DNA of 64,000 bases from Eledone cirrhosa (GCA_964016885.1 OZ024753.1:27404001-27468000); one strand, 5' to 3'; numbered from the stretch's first letter, positions 27,586-40,759 are shown. Made by a program: numbers and translations. Notes: generated from the letters alone by a model not told the origin.

Positions 27586-28455
27586 TTTGCGTCTGTGTGA
27601 GTATGTGGGTTCGTACGTATGGTGGGTGTGTGTATACGTGTACTTCTTGTTTTAGTTGACTTACGTCTCCGAACATTCGTGTATTTATATGTAGGTATGT
27701 GTGTGCGCTTGTTATATACGTATTTATTTATTTATATACGTTTATATAATTATTTATTTATTTGTATACACGCATACACACACACACATATTTATATGTG
27801 CGTGGTTTTGTATACCTATGGTAAGGTTTTGCGTATGCTTTTGTATGTACGTATTTGTTTGCGTGTATGTATTTATTTATTGTATTTATTTACTTTTTCT
27901 TAACTCTGTAGCGGAGATTCATTTGGTCTCCTAGTTAGAATTTTAGTCTACGACTTCTGCTTTACCATTTACGTGGTTTTGTCTTTGCGTCCTATTGTTC
28001 TCCACGATCCACATATGACGTATTATCTTCGTTTTTTTCGTTCATTGCCAGAGAACGTCTCTATGAACCAACTAAGAGAACATTAGTCTACGACCTCTTT
28101 TATACCATAAACGTGGTTCTGTCTTTGCGCGTAATTGTTTTTCACCGCTCCTATTAATGACGTATTATATTCGTTTTTTCCCGTTCGTTGCCAGCGAACG
28201 TTTCCACGAACCAAAGTATCGTCTTCCTGTCTTCCTCCGGTTGCAACATTTTTTGAAATATCCAGTTCTGCGTTTACAGATTGACTTTGTTAGTTTCAGA
28301 AGATCCCGTTAAGGGTGAAAGCAGCGATTCTTTGCTTAAACTGTAATCTGTTATTTTATAAATATTTGCTCTACGGCTCTTATATATTTGATATATATTT
28401 ATTCTTATCGAGCCCTCTTTGGATTTTAGTCTTCAAACTTATTATTATTACTATA
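27585..28455 (+). mobile_element. Family A 3' UTR with HHR (28276-28351), fused to the family X RT
   Basis: Reverse complement of 4768-5650. Confidence 0.85.
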
Positions 28456-28459
28456 TAAT

Positions 28460-28567
<108 letters not shown>

Positions 28568-28574
28568 TCTATAT

Positions 28575-28621
<47 letters not shown>

Positions 28622-28830
28622 TATATAATATATATATATATAATATATATATATATAAATATATATAATATACAGTATTTACGTATCGAGAAAGAGAAAA
28701 AAAGGGGAGGATAGGTGATACATATAGTTATTTGTCAAGTAGCGTATGCCAAATTTGCTCGATACTAGTGCCGGCAGTATTAAATATTCGAAGTGTTAAT
28801 ATTTAGTGGGCTAGAGAGTTAGCAGAGTGC

Positions 28831-31018
28831 CTCTCTTATATTAATTATGCCTCCAACCACCCTAAGCAGACTCTCAACTCCATAGTCTATAGTATCTCAC
28901 ATAGAATCTCGAGGCTATCCGCCAATGAGGATATCTTCAACCAAGCGGCAGATTACTACAATAGGGCCTTGATAAGCGCTGGCTTTAACCGAGGAATTTC
29001 CTACATCCCTAACGCTAGCTCTAGAAACCACCCCCTCATAAAACGAACGTTACGGTAAGCCATACCTATAACCGATCACGCGACGACCTCGTTGAAATCG
29101 GATATAATAGAATAGATAACCGCACTAAAGATCACGACCCCGGCGACAGTGAACACTGTAGATTACTCGAACTATTCCCCTATTACAAAACCAACAAAGG
29201 CGACGGCCTACTACCAACGCCTTCCAACCAACATCTTCGTGTACATAAACATGGAAGAGGTAGGAAGAGTGCACCCGAGCATAAAGTGAAAGGGGCACCG
29301 AACGGGCGACTGCGCATTAACACACATAAGAGCGGTCACCTAGATGGAACCACCCGTAGCAAAAGTACAAGGACACGTAATCTCCACCGTAACGTCCTAT
29401 GATTCCACCCCCCCCCCATACTCTCGGAGTGTGGCCTCCAACATACCCCGGATGTTCTTCGAAGCCTTAGAGAAGAACTTCCCGCCCAACCATAGGTATA
29501 GAAAAATTCTTAATAGGAACAATATAAAAATATCCTTCTCTACTACCCCTAACCTTGCAGACATCATAGGAACAACGAACCACAGTAAGATCACCAAGAC
29601 ACAGCACCTCGATACAGCCGCACCTACACCTGACAATAACTATATCGGCCTTAACAACTCCCTGGCAGCATCCAATAGTGTTGACAACGGCATCCGCAGA
29701 CGCAACCAGCATAACCGCGAAATGACTGGGGAACATGCAGGACATGACGTGCGGAATAACAATCGCACCACCCCGTGTGCTGTGGGTTGTAATGGTGCTA
29801 ACGACAGCTGCGGTAGCGTAGGTAACAACGTAGGCAGCAACAATGATAGCCTTACCGTGGGAAATAGACGGAACCGCGACAAAAATTGCAACTGCCGCGC
29901 CAGAGGACGCTGCCCCCTTAGAGGATACTGCTTGACTGATAGGGTTATATATAGATGCACTATTACTAGCCACAATAGCGTTAAACATTATATAGGGGCT
30001 ACCTCCACCCGTTCAAAATTAGGTTTCGAACACATCTCCACTCTTTCACAAATAGAAAACTAAGGCACTCCACTTCGCTCTCGGACTACATCACATCACT
30101 AAAGGACTTAAACACCTGGTCGGTGTTGCCCCAGAGGCAGACCTTAGCCTTTCTATTAAGCTCCAGTAGTACTCTGTCGAGGATCACTTTACTAATCTTC
30201 CCTATATCTGATGTAGAGGGGCATATTAGTCTAATAGAGGGACTTTCATTAAAGTCATATTTGTGATCCTTAAGAGAGAATTTAGGCGTCAGAGGGACGT
30301 ACGGGTTAGTGTACTTTTCTATTTCTAAGCTGGTGACTATATCCTTCCCTACTCTATTTATGTCATTTAGGGTACTAGAGGGTATATTTTTGTAGTCTTT
30401 GTGTAGTTCCTTATAGATATAATGTTTTATACTTACTCGCGTCCATCTTGTACAGCTTTTTGGTTTTGTCGGAGGTGAGGAAGAGGTGCGGGTCATTCTT
30501 GATCATAACTGCACCCCAGGAGCTCATCAACAGCAGAGCTGAAACAGCGATAAGTTGTACACATCGCTTAAAAATATCCTTCTGCAGATGGATTAAGGAT
30601 GAGGAGTGAAACCGTACACCGGATCTCCCTGCAACAAGTCTTAACACCCCGGCGGGCAGGCGCTGCAAAATAACACCCAGGATACAATCCTTGCATACCA
30701 GACCCAGCCTCAGACAAACAGATGCGGCAAAAAAAAAAAAAAAATTTTGTCCGGGAAAGACTTGCCCTAACACCGGCCAGAGTTACCACCCTTGACCTGC
30801 TGCAAAATCAAAACAAGCTATTTTGCGAGCAATGAACCTTGATGTGGATTTAACCCCCAAAACTCTTTCAGAGTAATATAAGGAAGACTTTTGATTATTT
30901 ATGCTCTTGAGAAGCCCATTTATGCTCTTGAGAAGCCCAACTGGGCGAAACGTACGTAGGTGGTGTTTTAAATAAACATGTTTTAGCGGTCTATTCTCCG
31001 ATTTTTTTACATTCCCAC

Positions 31019-31020
<2 letters not shown>
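28831..31020. mobile_element. Naiad-like family E, rearranged: thumb-linker-EN (+), RT N-terminus (-), pLTR (+)
   Basis: 28831 reads LSYINYASNHP..ISRLS. 29344-30063 contains CNCRARGRCPL..VIY..YIG. The minus strand of 30086-30490 reads SDKT..LKDHK..RLICPS..LWGNT. Confidence 0.8.
30922..30965 (+). ncRNA. Minimal HHR with U3-A8 core, preceded by a 21-bp duplication of the core
   Basis: TTGAGAA-GCCCA ac TGGGC-GAAA-CGTACG-TA. Helix I is weak. Confidence 0.6.
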
Positions 31021-31053
<33 letters not shown>

Positions 31054-31422
31054 TTCTATATAATTATCTCCAAATTATTTGTCGAGCAATATTGGCCAAG
31101 ACTGCTGCTATGGTAGCAGGCAGGCCGCTGTCTTCTTAACAAACCACTTTCCACTGATTTCCCTCGATGTCACGTGATTGATTCTTTTTGAATTTGCCAC
31201 CGACGCAGTAGGCAGTGATTTTCTCAATGGCTACAAATTATTTTTGTATAAGTTTCCAGAGTTCACGCTTTGCCTGGATACTTAGCTGAGAATAGTCTTC
31301 CCTGAAGACGAAATGCTTCTCTATATTTTCTTCGGAAAGTATATTTATTCCATTTCAGAAACTAATTAGTTGGGAGTGAAATTTTAGTAAGTAAGTTAAT
31401 TTTATAATTTTCTTATTTTACG

Positions 31423-31480
<58 letters not shown>

Positions 31481-31491
31481 TATATTATATT

Positions 31492-32482
31492 AGTCATAGA
31501 CTAAAATTCTAACTAGGAGACCAAATGAATCTCCGCTACAGTGTTAAGAACAAAGTAAATAAATACATAGGGTTTGGCTATGTGTATACGGGAGTTTTGC
31601 GTCTGTGTGAGTATGCAGGTTCGTACGTATGGTGTGTGTGTGTATATGTGTACTTCTTGTTTTAGTTGACTTACGTCTCCGAACATTCGTGCATTTATAT
31701 GTAGGTATGTGTGTGCGCTTGTTATATACGTATTTATTTATTTATATACGTTTATATAATTATTTATTTATTTGTATACACGCATACACACACACAAATA
31801 TTTATATGTGAGTGGTTTTGTATACCTATGGTAAGGTTTTGCGTATGCTTGTGTATGTAAGTATTTGTTTGCGTGTATGTATTTATTTATTTCTATTACT
31901 TCTGTATTGTATTTATTTACTTTGTTCTTAACTCTGTAGCGGAGATTCATTTGGTCTCCAAGTTAGAATTTTAGTCTACGACTTCTGCTATACCATTTAC
32001 GTGGTTTTGTCTTTGCGTGCTATTCTTCTCTACGCTCCACATATGACGTATTATCTACTTTTTTGGTTCATTGCCAGAGAACGTCTATATGCACCACCTA
32101 AGAGAACATTAGTCTACGACCTCTTTTATACCATGAACGTGGTTCTGTCTTTGCGAGTAATTGTTTTTCACCGCTCCTATTAATGACGTATTATATTCGT
32201 TTTTTCCCGTTCTTCGCCAGCGAACGTTTCCACGAACCAAAGTATCGTCTTCCTGTCTTCCTCCGGTTGCAACGTTTTTTTAAATATCCAGTTCTGCGTT
32301 TACAGATTGACTTTGTTAGTTTCAGAAGATCCCGTTAAGGGTGGAAGCAGCGATTTTTTGCTTAAACTTTAATCTGTTATTTTAATAAATATTTGCTCTA
32401 CGGTTCTTATATATTTGATATATATTTATCCTTATCGAGTCCTCGTTGGATTTTAGTCTTCAAATTTATTATTATTATTACT
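31492..32482 (+). mobile_element. Family A 3' UTR with a short 5' inversion; the HHR GAAA is mutated to GGAA
   Basis: 31497-31567 is the reverse complement of about 31907-31977. The remainder matches 4768-5675. Confidence 0.85.
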
Positions 32483-32517
32483 ATATATATATTATATATA
32501 AATATATATATATTATA

Positions 32518-32564
<47 letters not shown>

Positions 32565-32572
32565 ATTATATA

Positions 32573-32604
<32 letters not shown>

Positions 32605-32738
32605 GATATATATATATATATATTATATATATATATATATTATATATATATATATATATTATATATATATATATTATATATATATATATATTATATATAT
32701 ATATATTATATATATATATATTATATATATATATATAT

Positions 32739-33449
32739 AGAAAGATTTGAATGGATACAGTTTAATTGAAAGGAATTTATTGACACGTGTTTCTATAACA
32801 GTTACATAACCTGAAAACAGCTGCTATCTACAAACTTTTAGTTATGCAGACATTCAATATTTCAATGTTATTATTTACTGTCATTTCATCAGAATAATAT
32901 TACTGAGGACTTATTTGGTTTTTATAGAGAATATTAGGAGGGAGGGGTGAAGTTGTTAGAAGAATAGTTGAGGGAGTGGTTTTTTGATAGCAGTGAGAAT
33001 TTTTGGTGGCAGTGAGTAATTAGATTCCCATCTGTTGTTTTGACATTTTTATAGAATATATTATTGGTTATTTTTCTAAATCTATAGAAGGATTAGAGAT
33101 AGTAAAGATATGCGTGGTTGGTTTTGTGTTTGCACTTAATTAACATTCAGACTTAAATTTTTCTTTCAAGCGTACTTATCCTTTCACCCACGCATTCACA
33201 CACAGATATATTTGCACACCTCTACAAAAATACATATACTCACATTCACATAGTAACATGTTCATACTTACATACATATACACATGCATACATATATATA
33301 TACACACATGTATTCATGTACATACATACGCGTTCATGTGTATACATTTTCATACTCAACTTATCTTTATATACACACGTATAGACACACACATATATAC
33401 ATACATACTCTAGTCTATGTTTACATATATACATATACATACACATCTA

Positions 33450-33545
<96 letters not shown>

Positions 33546-34048
33546 CACTTTAATACATGAATACACTTACATCTAACTATACACATCAAACATATATGTA
33601 TATTTACTTATTTATATACATTTTCACATATATATACCTACTTATGGACGTTTTTAGACACATTCATTATCGCATATTTGCACCTATTCTCATAAGCATA
33701 TCTTTCCATTATTAGTGTGGTAATTTAAGGTTATTAATATATGTTGAGAAGAGATTGTTTTTATATTTTTCTAACTAGATTGAGGTTTATATAGTTGGGG
33801 GGATGTCCCTCTTTTATGTAATATTCGGCTTGTAGTGAGAAAAAAGGGTTTTAGTTCTGTGACGGCAGAATAATGTTCGTTCAATTCTGTTATTCAGCAA
33901 TTTCTTCTTGTGTGTGATTATGTAATAAATCTCAAGATTACACAATTTGCAGAAATTTTGGCTCCTGGAAAAGCTTTGGGTTTTAGCTAATTTCTCCCAT
34001 TTTAGGGTAAACTTTTGATCGCTATCCCTGAGCGTCCAAGCTTTTTCT
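32739..34048 (-). mobile_element. Family B 5'-truncated copy (EN tail, 3' UTR and HHR at 32777-32897)
   Basis: Near-identical to 38578-39910. Confidence 0.9.
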
Positions 34049-34219
34049 TATATATATATATATATTATATATATATATATATGATATATATATATATATA
34101 TTATATATATATTATATATATATTATATATATATTATATATATACATACATACGTTATTCCGGGTTGAATCGGAGGTAACTACAGTAAGTAATGTACTCA
34201 ATACATAGCAGAGTATAAA

Positions 34220-34340
34220 AGTTATAATATAGAAGAGATTCTACAGGACTAGAACTGTTTCATTCTTTAGAAATCATAAGATTTCTGATGATTTCTAAAG
34301 AATGAAACCGTTCTAGTCCTGTAGAATCTCTTCTATATTA

Positions 34341-34345
<5 letters not shown>
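34220..34345. repeat. Fold-back inverted repeat (about 58-bp arms) overlapping a CTGATGA..GAAA motif
   Basis: agttataatatagaagagattctacaggactagaac..aaatcat and its reverse complement. Confidence 0.9.
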
Positions 34346-34431
<86 letters not shown>

Positions 34432-35164
34432 AGATTTGAATGGATACAGTTTAGTTGAAAGGAATTTATTGACACGTGTTTCTATAACAGTTACATAACC
34501 TAAAACAGCTGCTATCTACAAACTTTTAGTTATGCAGACATTCAATATTTCAATGTTATTATTTACTGTCATTTCATCAGAATAATATTACTGAGGACCT
34601 ATTTAGTTTTTATAGAGAATATTAGGAGGGAGGGGTGAAGTTGTTAGAAGAATAGTTGAAGGAGTGGTTTTTCGATAGCAGTGAGAATTCTTGGTGGCAG
34701 TGAGTAATTAGATTCCCATCTGTTGTTTTGACATTTTTTATAGAATATATTATTGGTTATTTTTCTAAATCTATAGAAGGATTAGAGATAGTAAAGATAT
34801 GCGTGGTTGGTTTTGTGTTTGCACTTAATTAACATTCAGACTTAAATTTTTCTTTCAAGTGTACGTATCCTTTCACCCACGCATTCACACACAAATATAT
34901 TTGCACACCTCTACAAAATACATATACTCACAATTTACATATTCATACTTACATATATATACACATGCATACACATATATATACACACATGTATTCATGT
35001 ACATACAATATGTATACATTTTCATACTCAACTTATCTTTATATACACACGTATTGACACACACATATATACATACTTACTCTAGGCCATGTGTACACAC
35101 ATACACATACATACACATCTATATACACATATATACATACATATACATATATATATACATATAC

Positions 35165-35197
<33 letters not shown>

Positions 35198-35198
<1 letters not shown>

Positions 35199-35749
35199 GG
35201 TGGCTGCCAACTCGTTTTCGAGTACGGCCACTACTTTATATCCATGTAGGAGAACCCCTACCGATGCGCTGAACGAGTGTGACTTTTTAGTCCAGCCAGC
35301 GACTTGAAAACTCTGGTACAAACACTACACTTGTGACAATTATTGACACATAGTGCTGGGCCCTTGGTACCATGTGAGAAGTGCAGAGAGATCTCCAGAT
35401 ATAAAGCAATGCCTGTGCCGTGAAGCTTTTATAGTGAGCAAAGGCACTGCACAAAGCCAGTCCCACTCTCTTAACCAAGATGATATTTACCAAAAAGAAG
35501 AACAAGTCAACATCATTGGATACCATCAGGGTTGCAGGTGTTATATCAGAGTTTTCCTTCTCCTAGAATTCTGCCTTGACAAAGGCTAAGAGGTCATCTC
35601 TCCCGGTGATTTTGGATGGCCATTGACTCTTACGAGCTCCTTTGCCCTTTGACAGGTTTTGTTTTTAGTCCTGCAGGATGTCCAAAGTCACCCTCCTCAC
35701 CAAGAAACCTTGGTGGGGTTGTCAGTTTAGTCGCCAACGACCCGACCTG

Positions 35750-35755
<6 letters not shown>
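35198..35755 (-). mobile_element. Non-coding insertion in the internal (TA)n of the family B UTR; resembles an RTE-type 5' UTR
   Basis: Absent from the two other UTR copies. The minus strand has CTAGGAGAAGGAAAACTCTGA, recalled from RTE 5' regions (not verified). Confidence 0.45.
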
Positions 35756-35790
<35 letters not shown>

Positions 35791-36089
35791 TATACATATA
35801 TATATACATATATATATAAGCACTTTAATACATAAATACACTTACATCTAACTATACACATCAAACATATATATATATATTTACTTATTTATATACATTT
35901 TCACATATATATACATACTTATGGACGTTTTTAGACACATTCATTATCGCATATTTGCACCTATTCTCATCAGCATATCTTTCCATTATTAGTGTGGTAA
36001 TTTAAGGTTATTAATATATGTTGAGAAGAGATTGTTTTTATATTTTTCTAACTAGATTAAGGTTTATATAGTTGGGGGATGTCCCTCTT

Positions 36090-38411
36090 TTATGTAATAT
36101 TCGGCTTGTAGTGGGAAAAAAGGGTTTTAGTTCTGTGACGGCAGAATAATTTTCGTTCAATTCTATTATTCAGCAGTTTCTTCTTGTGTGTGATTATGTA
36201 ATAAATCTCAAGATTACACAATTTGCAGAAATTTTGGCTCCTGGAAAAGCTTTGGGTTTTAGCTAATTTCTCCCATTTTAGGGTAAACTTTTGATCGCTA
36301 TCCCTGAGCGTCCAAGCTTTTTCTGCTAAAGTTGTTACATTTCTTTGGCTCTGGTGTTTTATTGAGTAAGAATGCCTATACAATCGAGATTTAAACGATG
36401 TTACCGTTGATCCCACGTAATACCACTCGTTGCCTCCGGATTTAATGGTACACTTATAAATAATATTTTTTTCCAGGCAGTTATTGCCGAGGGGGCAGTT
36501 GTCAGGATAGGTGCAGTTACAGTTGTGTACGTTGGGTTTTCTCTGGAGTAGTATTGCGGACGAACTTAGGTGTGGTTTATTTATGTTCTGTAGTGTATTG
36601 TCTACTGTTTTTTTTGTGTTCTTTGTACTTAAGTTCTTAGTGTTTTCGTTTAACCTTCTAGTATTGATCTTTTTTATGTGTTGTTCAAGGTTTAACGCTG
36701 TAGAGTATGACAGTCTTATAGTGGTAGGGTTTAGGATTTTGTGGTATTTGTGTGATGTGGGAAAATGTCTTTTAATTATTTTAAAGAAGAGTACTGGTAA
36801 ATTTGTACTAATGGAACTATTGTATTCGGGGTTATACCATAAGTACTCTTTGCATCGCTTTCTATTAGTTTTGTTTGTTGGTTTACTGGTGTGCATACTA
36901 TGGTAGTAAGTGTGGTTTGGTGTTGTGTTATTATATCTACCTATGTGGGATTTATTTTGGGTGTTTTGATTGTTCCCATCTATGTACTCTATTTTGTTGA
37001 CGTAGCCTGCTTTACTAAGGGCGTTATCGTAGTACTCGGCGTGTTCCTTAAATACTTGTATGTTAGAAGATAGACCCGAGATTCTAAGGGAAATATTTTT
37101 AGGGATAGATTTAATTATAGAGATGGGGTGGTTAGACCCAACATTTACGTATTTGAGATTTTCATTCAATTTATGAAACGGTTTAATCAAACCAGAGTTT
37201 AAATTGAGTGTGATATCCAGGAAGTTAACTACTTTAAGGTTGTATTCATATGTTATAGTTAGTCCTATTTCGAGTAGTAGTTTTCTTATATCTTTGCGTA
37301 GTTTTTCTAGTTTTTGGTTATTAAGGTTTTTAGCTAGGAGGAGAACATCGTCGCGGTATATTCCGCCGTGGAGATTGCTGAATTTTTCCTGGAGTCTAAA
37401 GGCGATAAATAACCCCACAATATCAGTTATTTCCGCCGAATCATTAAAGCCCATTGTTATGTCAAAGTTAGAGGGTCTATCTTTACGTACCCAATAACTG
37501 TTCTCAAATTTGACTATAGTTTTCCTAGCTTCTAATATAATCTTAATTTCATCGTTTGTAAGGTCAGAGTTATCCTTAGCAAACTTAATGGCTCTATTCA
37601 AAGTTTCAGGTGATATCGATGAGTAATATTCATCGATATCAAACTGGATAAACTTAGATTTATTCTTATTGCTAATGCTATTAAACCATCTTATTGCTTC
37701 TTGGGTCTTCCCCCAGAGTTTAATGTTAACCTTAGCCTTAATTTGGGGGATGATTCTATCTAAGATATATTTGCTTATTTTACCTATATCTGATTTAGAG
37801 GGGCAGATTAATCTAATTTTAGGGTCATTATCAAAGTTTACCTTGTGGTCCTTAAGATTGAAGGTGGGTACCGTCGGTAAGAGTGGTCCTGTCCTATCTT
37901 CGATTCCGAGATTTTTCACTATTTCGCATGCCTCATCATTGATGTGCTTAAGGGTTACTTCACTCGTTTTTCTATATTTTTTATGTAATTCTTTTCGAAT
38001 GAAGTTGTTGTATGTAGTGCAATCCATAGTGTACAGGTTTGATGTTTTGTCCGCTTTTACTACAATTCCTTTGGTGTTTTTAAGGTCGTCCAGTAGTTTT
38101 TTTATATCTTTCTGTAATTTGCTGTTGGTGTTGCGTCCTTTGAATTTAATTTTAAGGATTAAGTTCATGAGGTCCTGCTCAAATGCATCTAATAGTGGGT
38201 TGGTGGGTGGGTTTTTACAAGTCCTAAAACCGAATTTGTTGTTTACACCACTTTCTAATGTTGAGTTCATACGGCTTCTATCATAGTGGAGCGTTTTCCA
38301 CCTGACACGTCGAATGAATTCATTAGTTTTTTGAATCATACTCAATAAATATTCCTTTCTACCTTGGGTTGGTATGTTTTTGAGTGACATATCCAGGTAG
38401 TGTTTTTTCAT
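36090..38411 (-). CDS. Intact PLE polyprotein: RT plus zinc-knuckle linker plus GIY-YIG endonuclease (773 aa)
   Basis: MSLKNIP, ADKT, LKDHK, RLICP, FIQFDI, MGFNDSAEITDIVG, GIYRDD, NFLDITL, SNHP, WYNP, CNCTYPDNCPL..CL, IIY..YVG, CKLC, CRH. Confidence 0.93.
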   Translation of the reverse strand: MKKHYLDMSLKNIPTQGRKEYLLSMIQKTNEFIRRVRWKTLHYDRSRMNSTLESGVNNKFGFRTCKNPPTNPLLDAFEQDLMNLILKIKFKGRNTNSKLQKDIKKLLDDLKNTKGIVVKADKTSNLYTMDCTTYNNFIRKELHKKYRKTSEVTLKHINDEACEIVKNLGIEDRTGPLLPTVPTFNLKDHKVNFDNDPKIRLICPSKSDIGKISKYILDRIIPQIKAKVNIKLWGKTQEAIRWFNSISNKNKSKFIQFDIDEYYSSISPETLNRAIKFAKDNSDLTNDEIKIILEARKTIVKFENSYWVRKDRPSNFDITMGFNDSAEITDIVGLFIAFRLQEKFSNLHGGIYRDDVLLLAKNLNNQKLEKLRKDIRKLLLEIGLTITYEYNLKVVNFLDITLNLNSGLIKPFHKLNENLKYVNVGSNHPISIIKSIPKNISLRISGLSSNIQVFKEHAEYYDNALSKAGYVNKIEYIDGNNQNTQNKSHIGRYNNTTPNHTYYHSMHTSKPTNKTNRKRCKEYLWYNPEYNSSISTNLPVLFFKIIKRHFPTSHKYHKILNPTTIRLSYSTALNLEQHIKKINTRRLNENTKNLSTKNTKKTVDNTLQNINKPHLSSSAILLQRKPNVHNCNCTYPDNCPLGNNCLEKNIIYKCTIKSGGNEWYYVGSTVTSFKSRLYRHSYSIKHQSQRNVTTLAEKAWTLRDSDQKFTLKWEKLAKTQSFSRSQNFCKLCNLEIYYIITHKKKLLNNRIERKLFCRHRTKTLFSHYKPNIT

Positions 38412-38615
38412 TGTTGTGGTTGCGTTTGCTGTGTGGGTTGCTCGACTTTACAGGAGGTAAATATACAGTATTTTCCGTTGTGTTGTAATATAAATATTAC
38501 ACACAGTAGATTATCAGCTCACGTAGAGTTTGCTCGACGGTTCCAGTTGTAGTTCCAAAAGTAATCCGGAGAAAAATAGAAAGATTTGAATGGATACAGT
38601 TTAGTTGAAAGGAAT

Positions 38616-38735
38616 TTATTGACACGTGTTTCTATAACAGTTACATAACCTAAAACAGCTGCTATCTACAAACTTTTAGTTATGCAGACATTCAATATTT
38701 CAATGTTATTATTTACTGTCATTTCATCAGAATAA
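38616..38735 (-). ncRNA. Type I HHR with extended stem II (copies at 34466-34585 and 32777-32897)
   Basis: TTATT-CTGATGA-A-ATGACAG..CTGTTAT-A-GAAA-CACGTG-TC-AATAA. Confidence 0.8.
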
Positions 38736-39314
38736 TATTACTGAGGACCTATTTAGTTTTTATAGAGAATATTAGGAGGGAGGGGTGAAGTTGTTAGAAG
38801 AATAGTTGAAGGAGTGGTTTTTCGATAGCAGTGAGAATTCTTGGTGGCAGTGAGTAATTAGATTCCCATCTGTTGTTTTGACATTTTTTATAGAATATAT
38901 TATTGGTTATTTTTCTAAATCTATAGAAGGATTAGAGATAGTAAAGATATGCGTGGTTGGTTTTGTGTTTGCACTTAATTAACATTCAGACTTAAATTTT
39001 TCTTTCAAGTGTACGTATCCTTTCACCCACGCATTCACACACAAATATATTTGCACACCTCTACAAAATACATATACTCACAATTTACATATTCATACTT
39101 ACATATATATACACATGCATACACATATATATACACACATGTATTCATGTACATACAATGTGTATACATTTTCATACTCAACTTATCTTTATATACACAC
39201 GTATAGACACACACATATATACATACTTACTCTAGGCCATGTGTACACACATACACATACATACACATCTATATACACATATATACATACATATACATAT
39301 ATATATACATATAC

Positions 39315-39365
<51 letters not shown>

Positions 39366-40069
39366 TATACATATATATATACATATATATATACATATAT
39401 ATATATAAGCACTTTAATACATGAATACACTTACATCTAACTATACACATCAAACATATATATATATTTACTTATTTATATACATTTTCACATATATATA
39501 CATACTTATGGACGTTTTTAGACACATTCATTATCGCATATTTGCACCTATTCTCATCAGCATATCTTTCCATTATTAGTGTGGTAATTTAAGGTTATTA
39601 ATATATGTTGAGAAGAGATTGTTTTTATATTTTTCTAACTAGATTAAGGTTTATATAGTTGGGGGATGTCCCTCTTTTATGTAATATTCGGCTTGTAGTG
39701 GGAAAAAAGGGTTTTAGTTCTGTGACGGCAGAATAATGTTCGTTCAATTCTGTTATTCAGCAGTTTCTTCTTGTGTGTGATTATGTAATAAATCTCAAGA
39801 TTACACAATTTGCAGAAATTTTGGCTCCTGGAAAAGCTTTGGGTTTTAGCTAATTTCTCCCATTTTAGGGTAAACTTTTGATCGCTATCCCTGAGCGTCC
39901 AAGCTTTTTCTGCTAAAGTTGTTACATTTCTTTGGCTCTGGTGTTTTATTGAGTAAGAATGCCTATACAATCGAGATTTAAACGATGTTGCCGTTGAACC
40001 CACGTAATACCACTCGTTGCCTCCGGATTTAATGGTACACTTATAAATAATATTTTTTATATATATATA

Positions 40070-40296
<227 letters not shown>

Positions 40297-40302
40297 ATAT
40301 AT

Positions 40303-40574
40303 GGAGGCACATGGCTTAGTGGTTAGAGCATTGGCCTTGCAATCGAAAGGTTGTGAGTTCAATTCTCAGACCGGGTGATGTGTTGTTTCCTTGAGCAAGA
40401 CACTTTATTTCACATTGCTCCAGTTTACTCACCTGCAAAGTGGTCGTGGAGGTGCCATGGCAAAAAAGCACCCAGCACTCACTGTAAATGAAGTTGGTGT
40501 TAGGAAGGGCATCCAGCTGTAGAAATCAAGCCAGAATCAGTTCCCGTCCCACCCTCATAAAATGAAATGATGAT
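40303..40574 (+). mobile_element. tRNA-derived SINE
   Basis: A box TGGCTTAGTGG, B box GTTCAATTC, CORE-like CCTTGAGCAAGACACTT, Meta-like TTAGGAAGGGCATCCAGCTGTAGAAA, and a short ATG-repeat tail. Confidence 0.8.
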
Positions 40575-40759
40575 ATATAGTATATATATATATATATATA
40601 TTGTTATACTTTGGGAGGGTCATGTTTCCAATAAGAAACACACGCACCAGTTGCTTTCACTTCAATTTATTATAATAAATTTATAAATTTAGGAATTTAT
40701 AAATTTATAAATTTCTGGTTGGTTGATTGGTTCCACAACCAGATAGTTGTTTATATATT

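Larger units (their letters stand above)
34428..40050 (-). mobile_element. Full-length Naiad-like PLE family B with an upstream partial tandem copy forming direct pLTRs
   Basis: On the minus strand the order is EN fragment plus 3' UTR (40050-38578), 5' leader, intact ORF, then 3' UTR to 34428 (interrupted at 35198-35755). Confidence 0.92.

Noticed and set aside
31295-31350. CTGAAGA-CGAA..TTCG-GAAA possible HHR
   Set aside because: No convincing helix I pairing; at best degenerate.
37669-38286. Antisense ORFs opposite RT genes (also 26647-26985, 29467-29988 and 55569-55880)
   Set aside because: They are shadow frames produced by codon bias and have no recognisable motifs.
40303-40375. tRNA gene
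   Set aside because: The acceptor stem is poor and the sequence continues into SINE body domains, so it is a SINE head.
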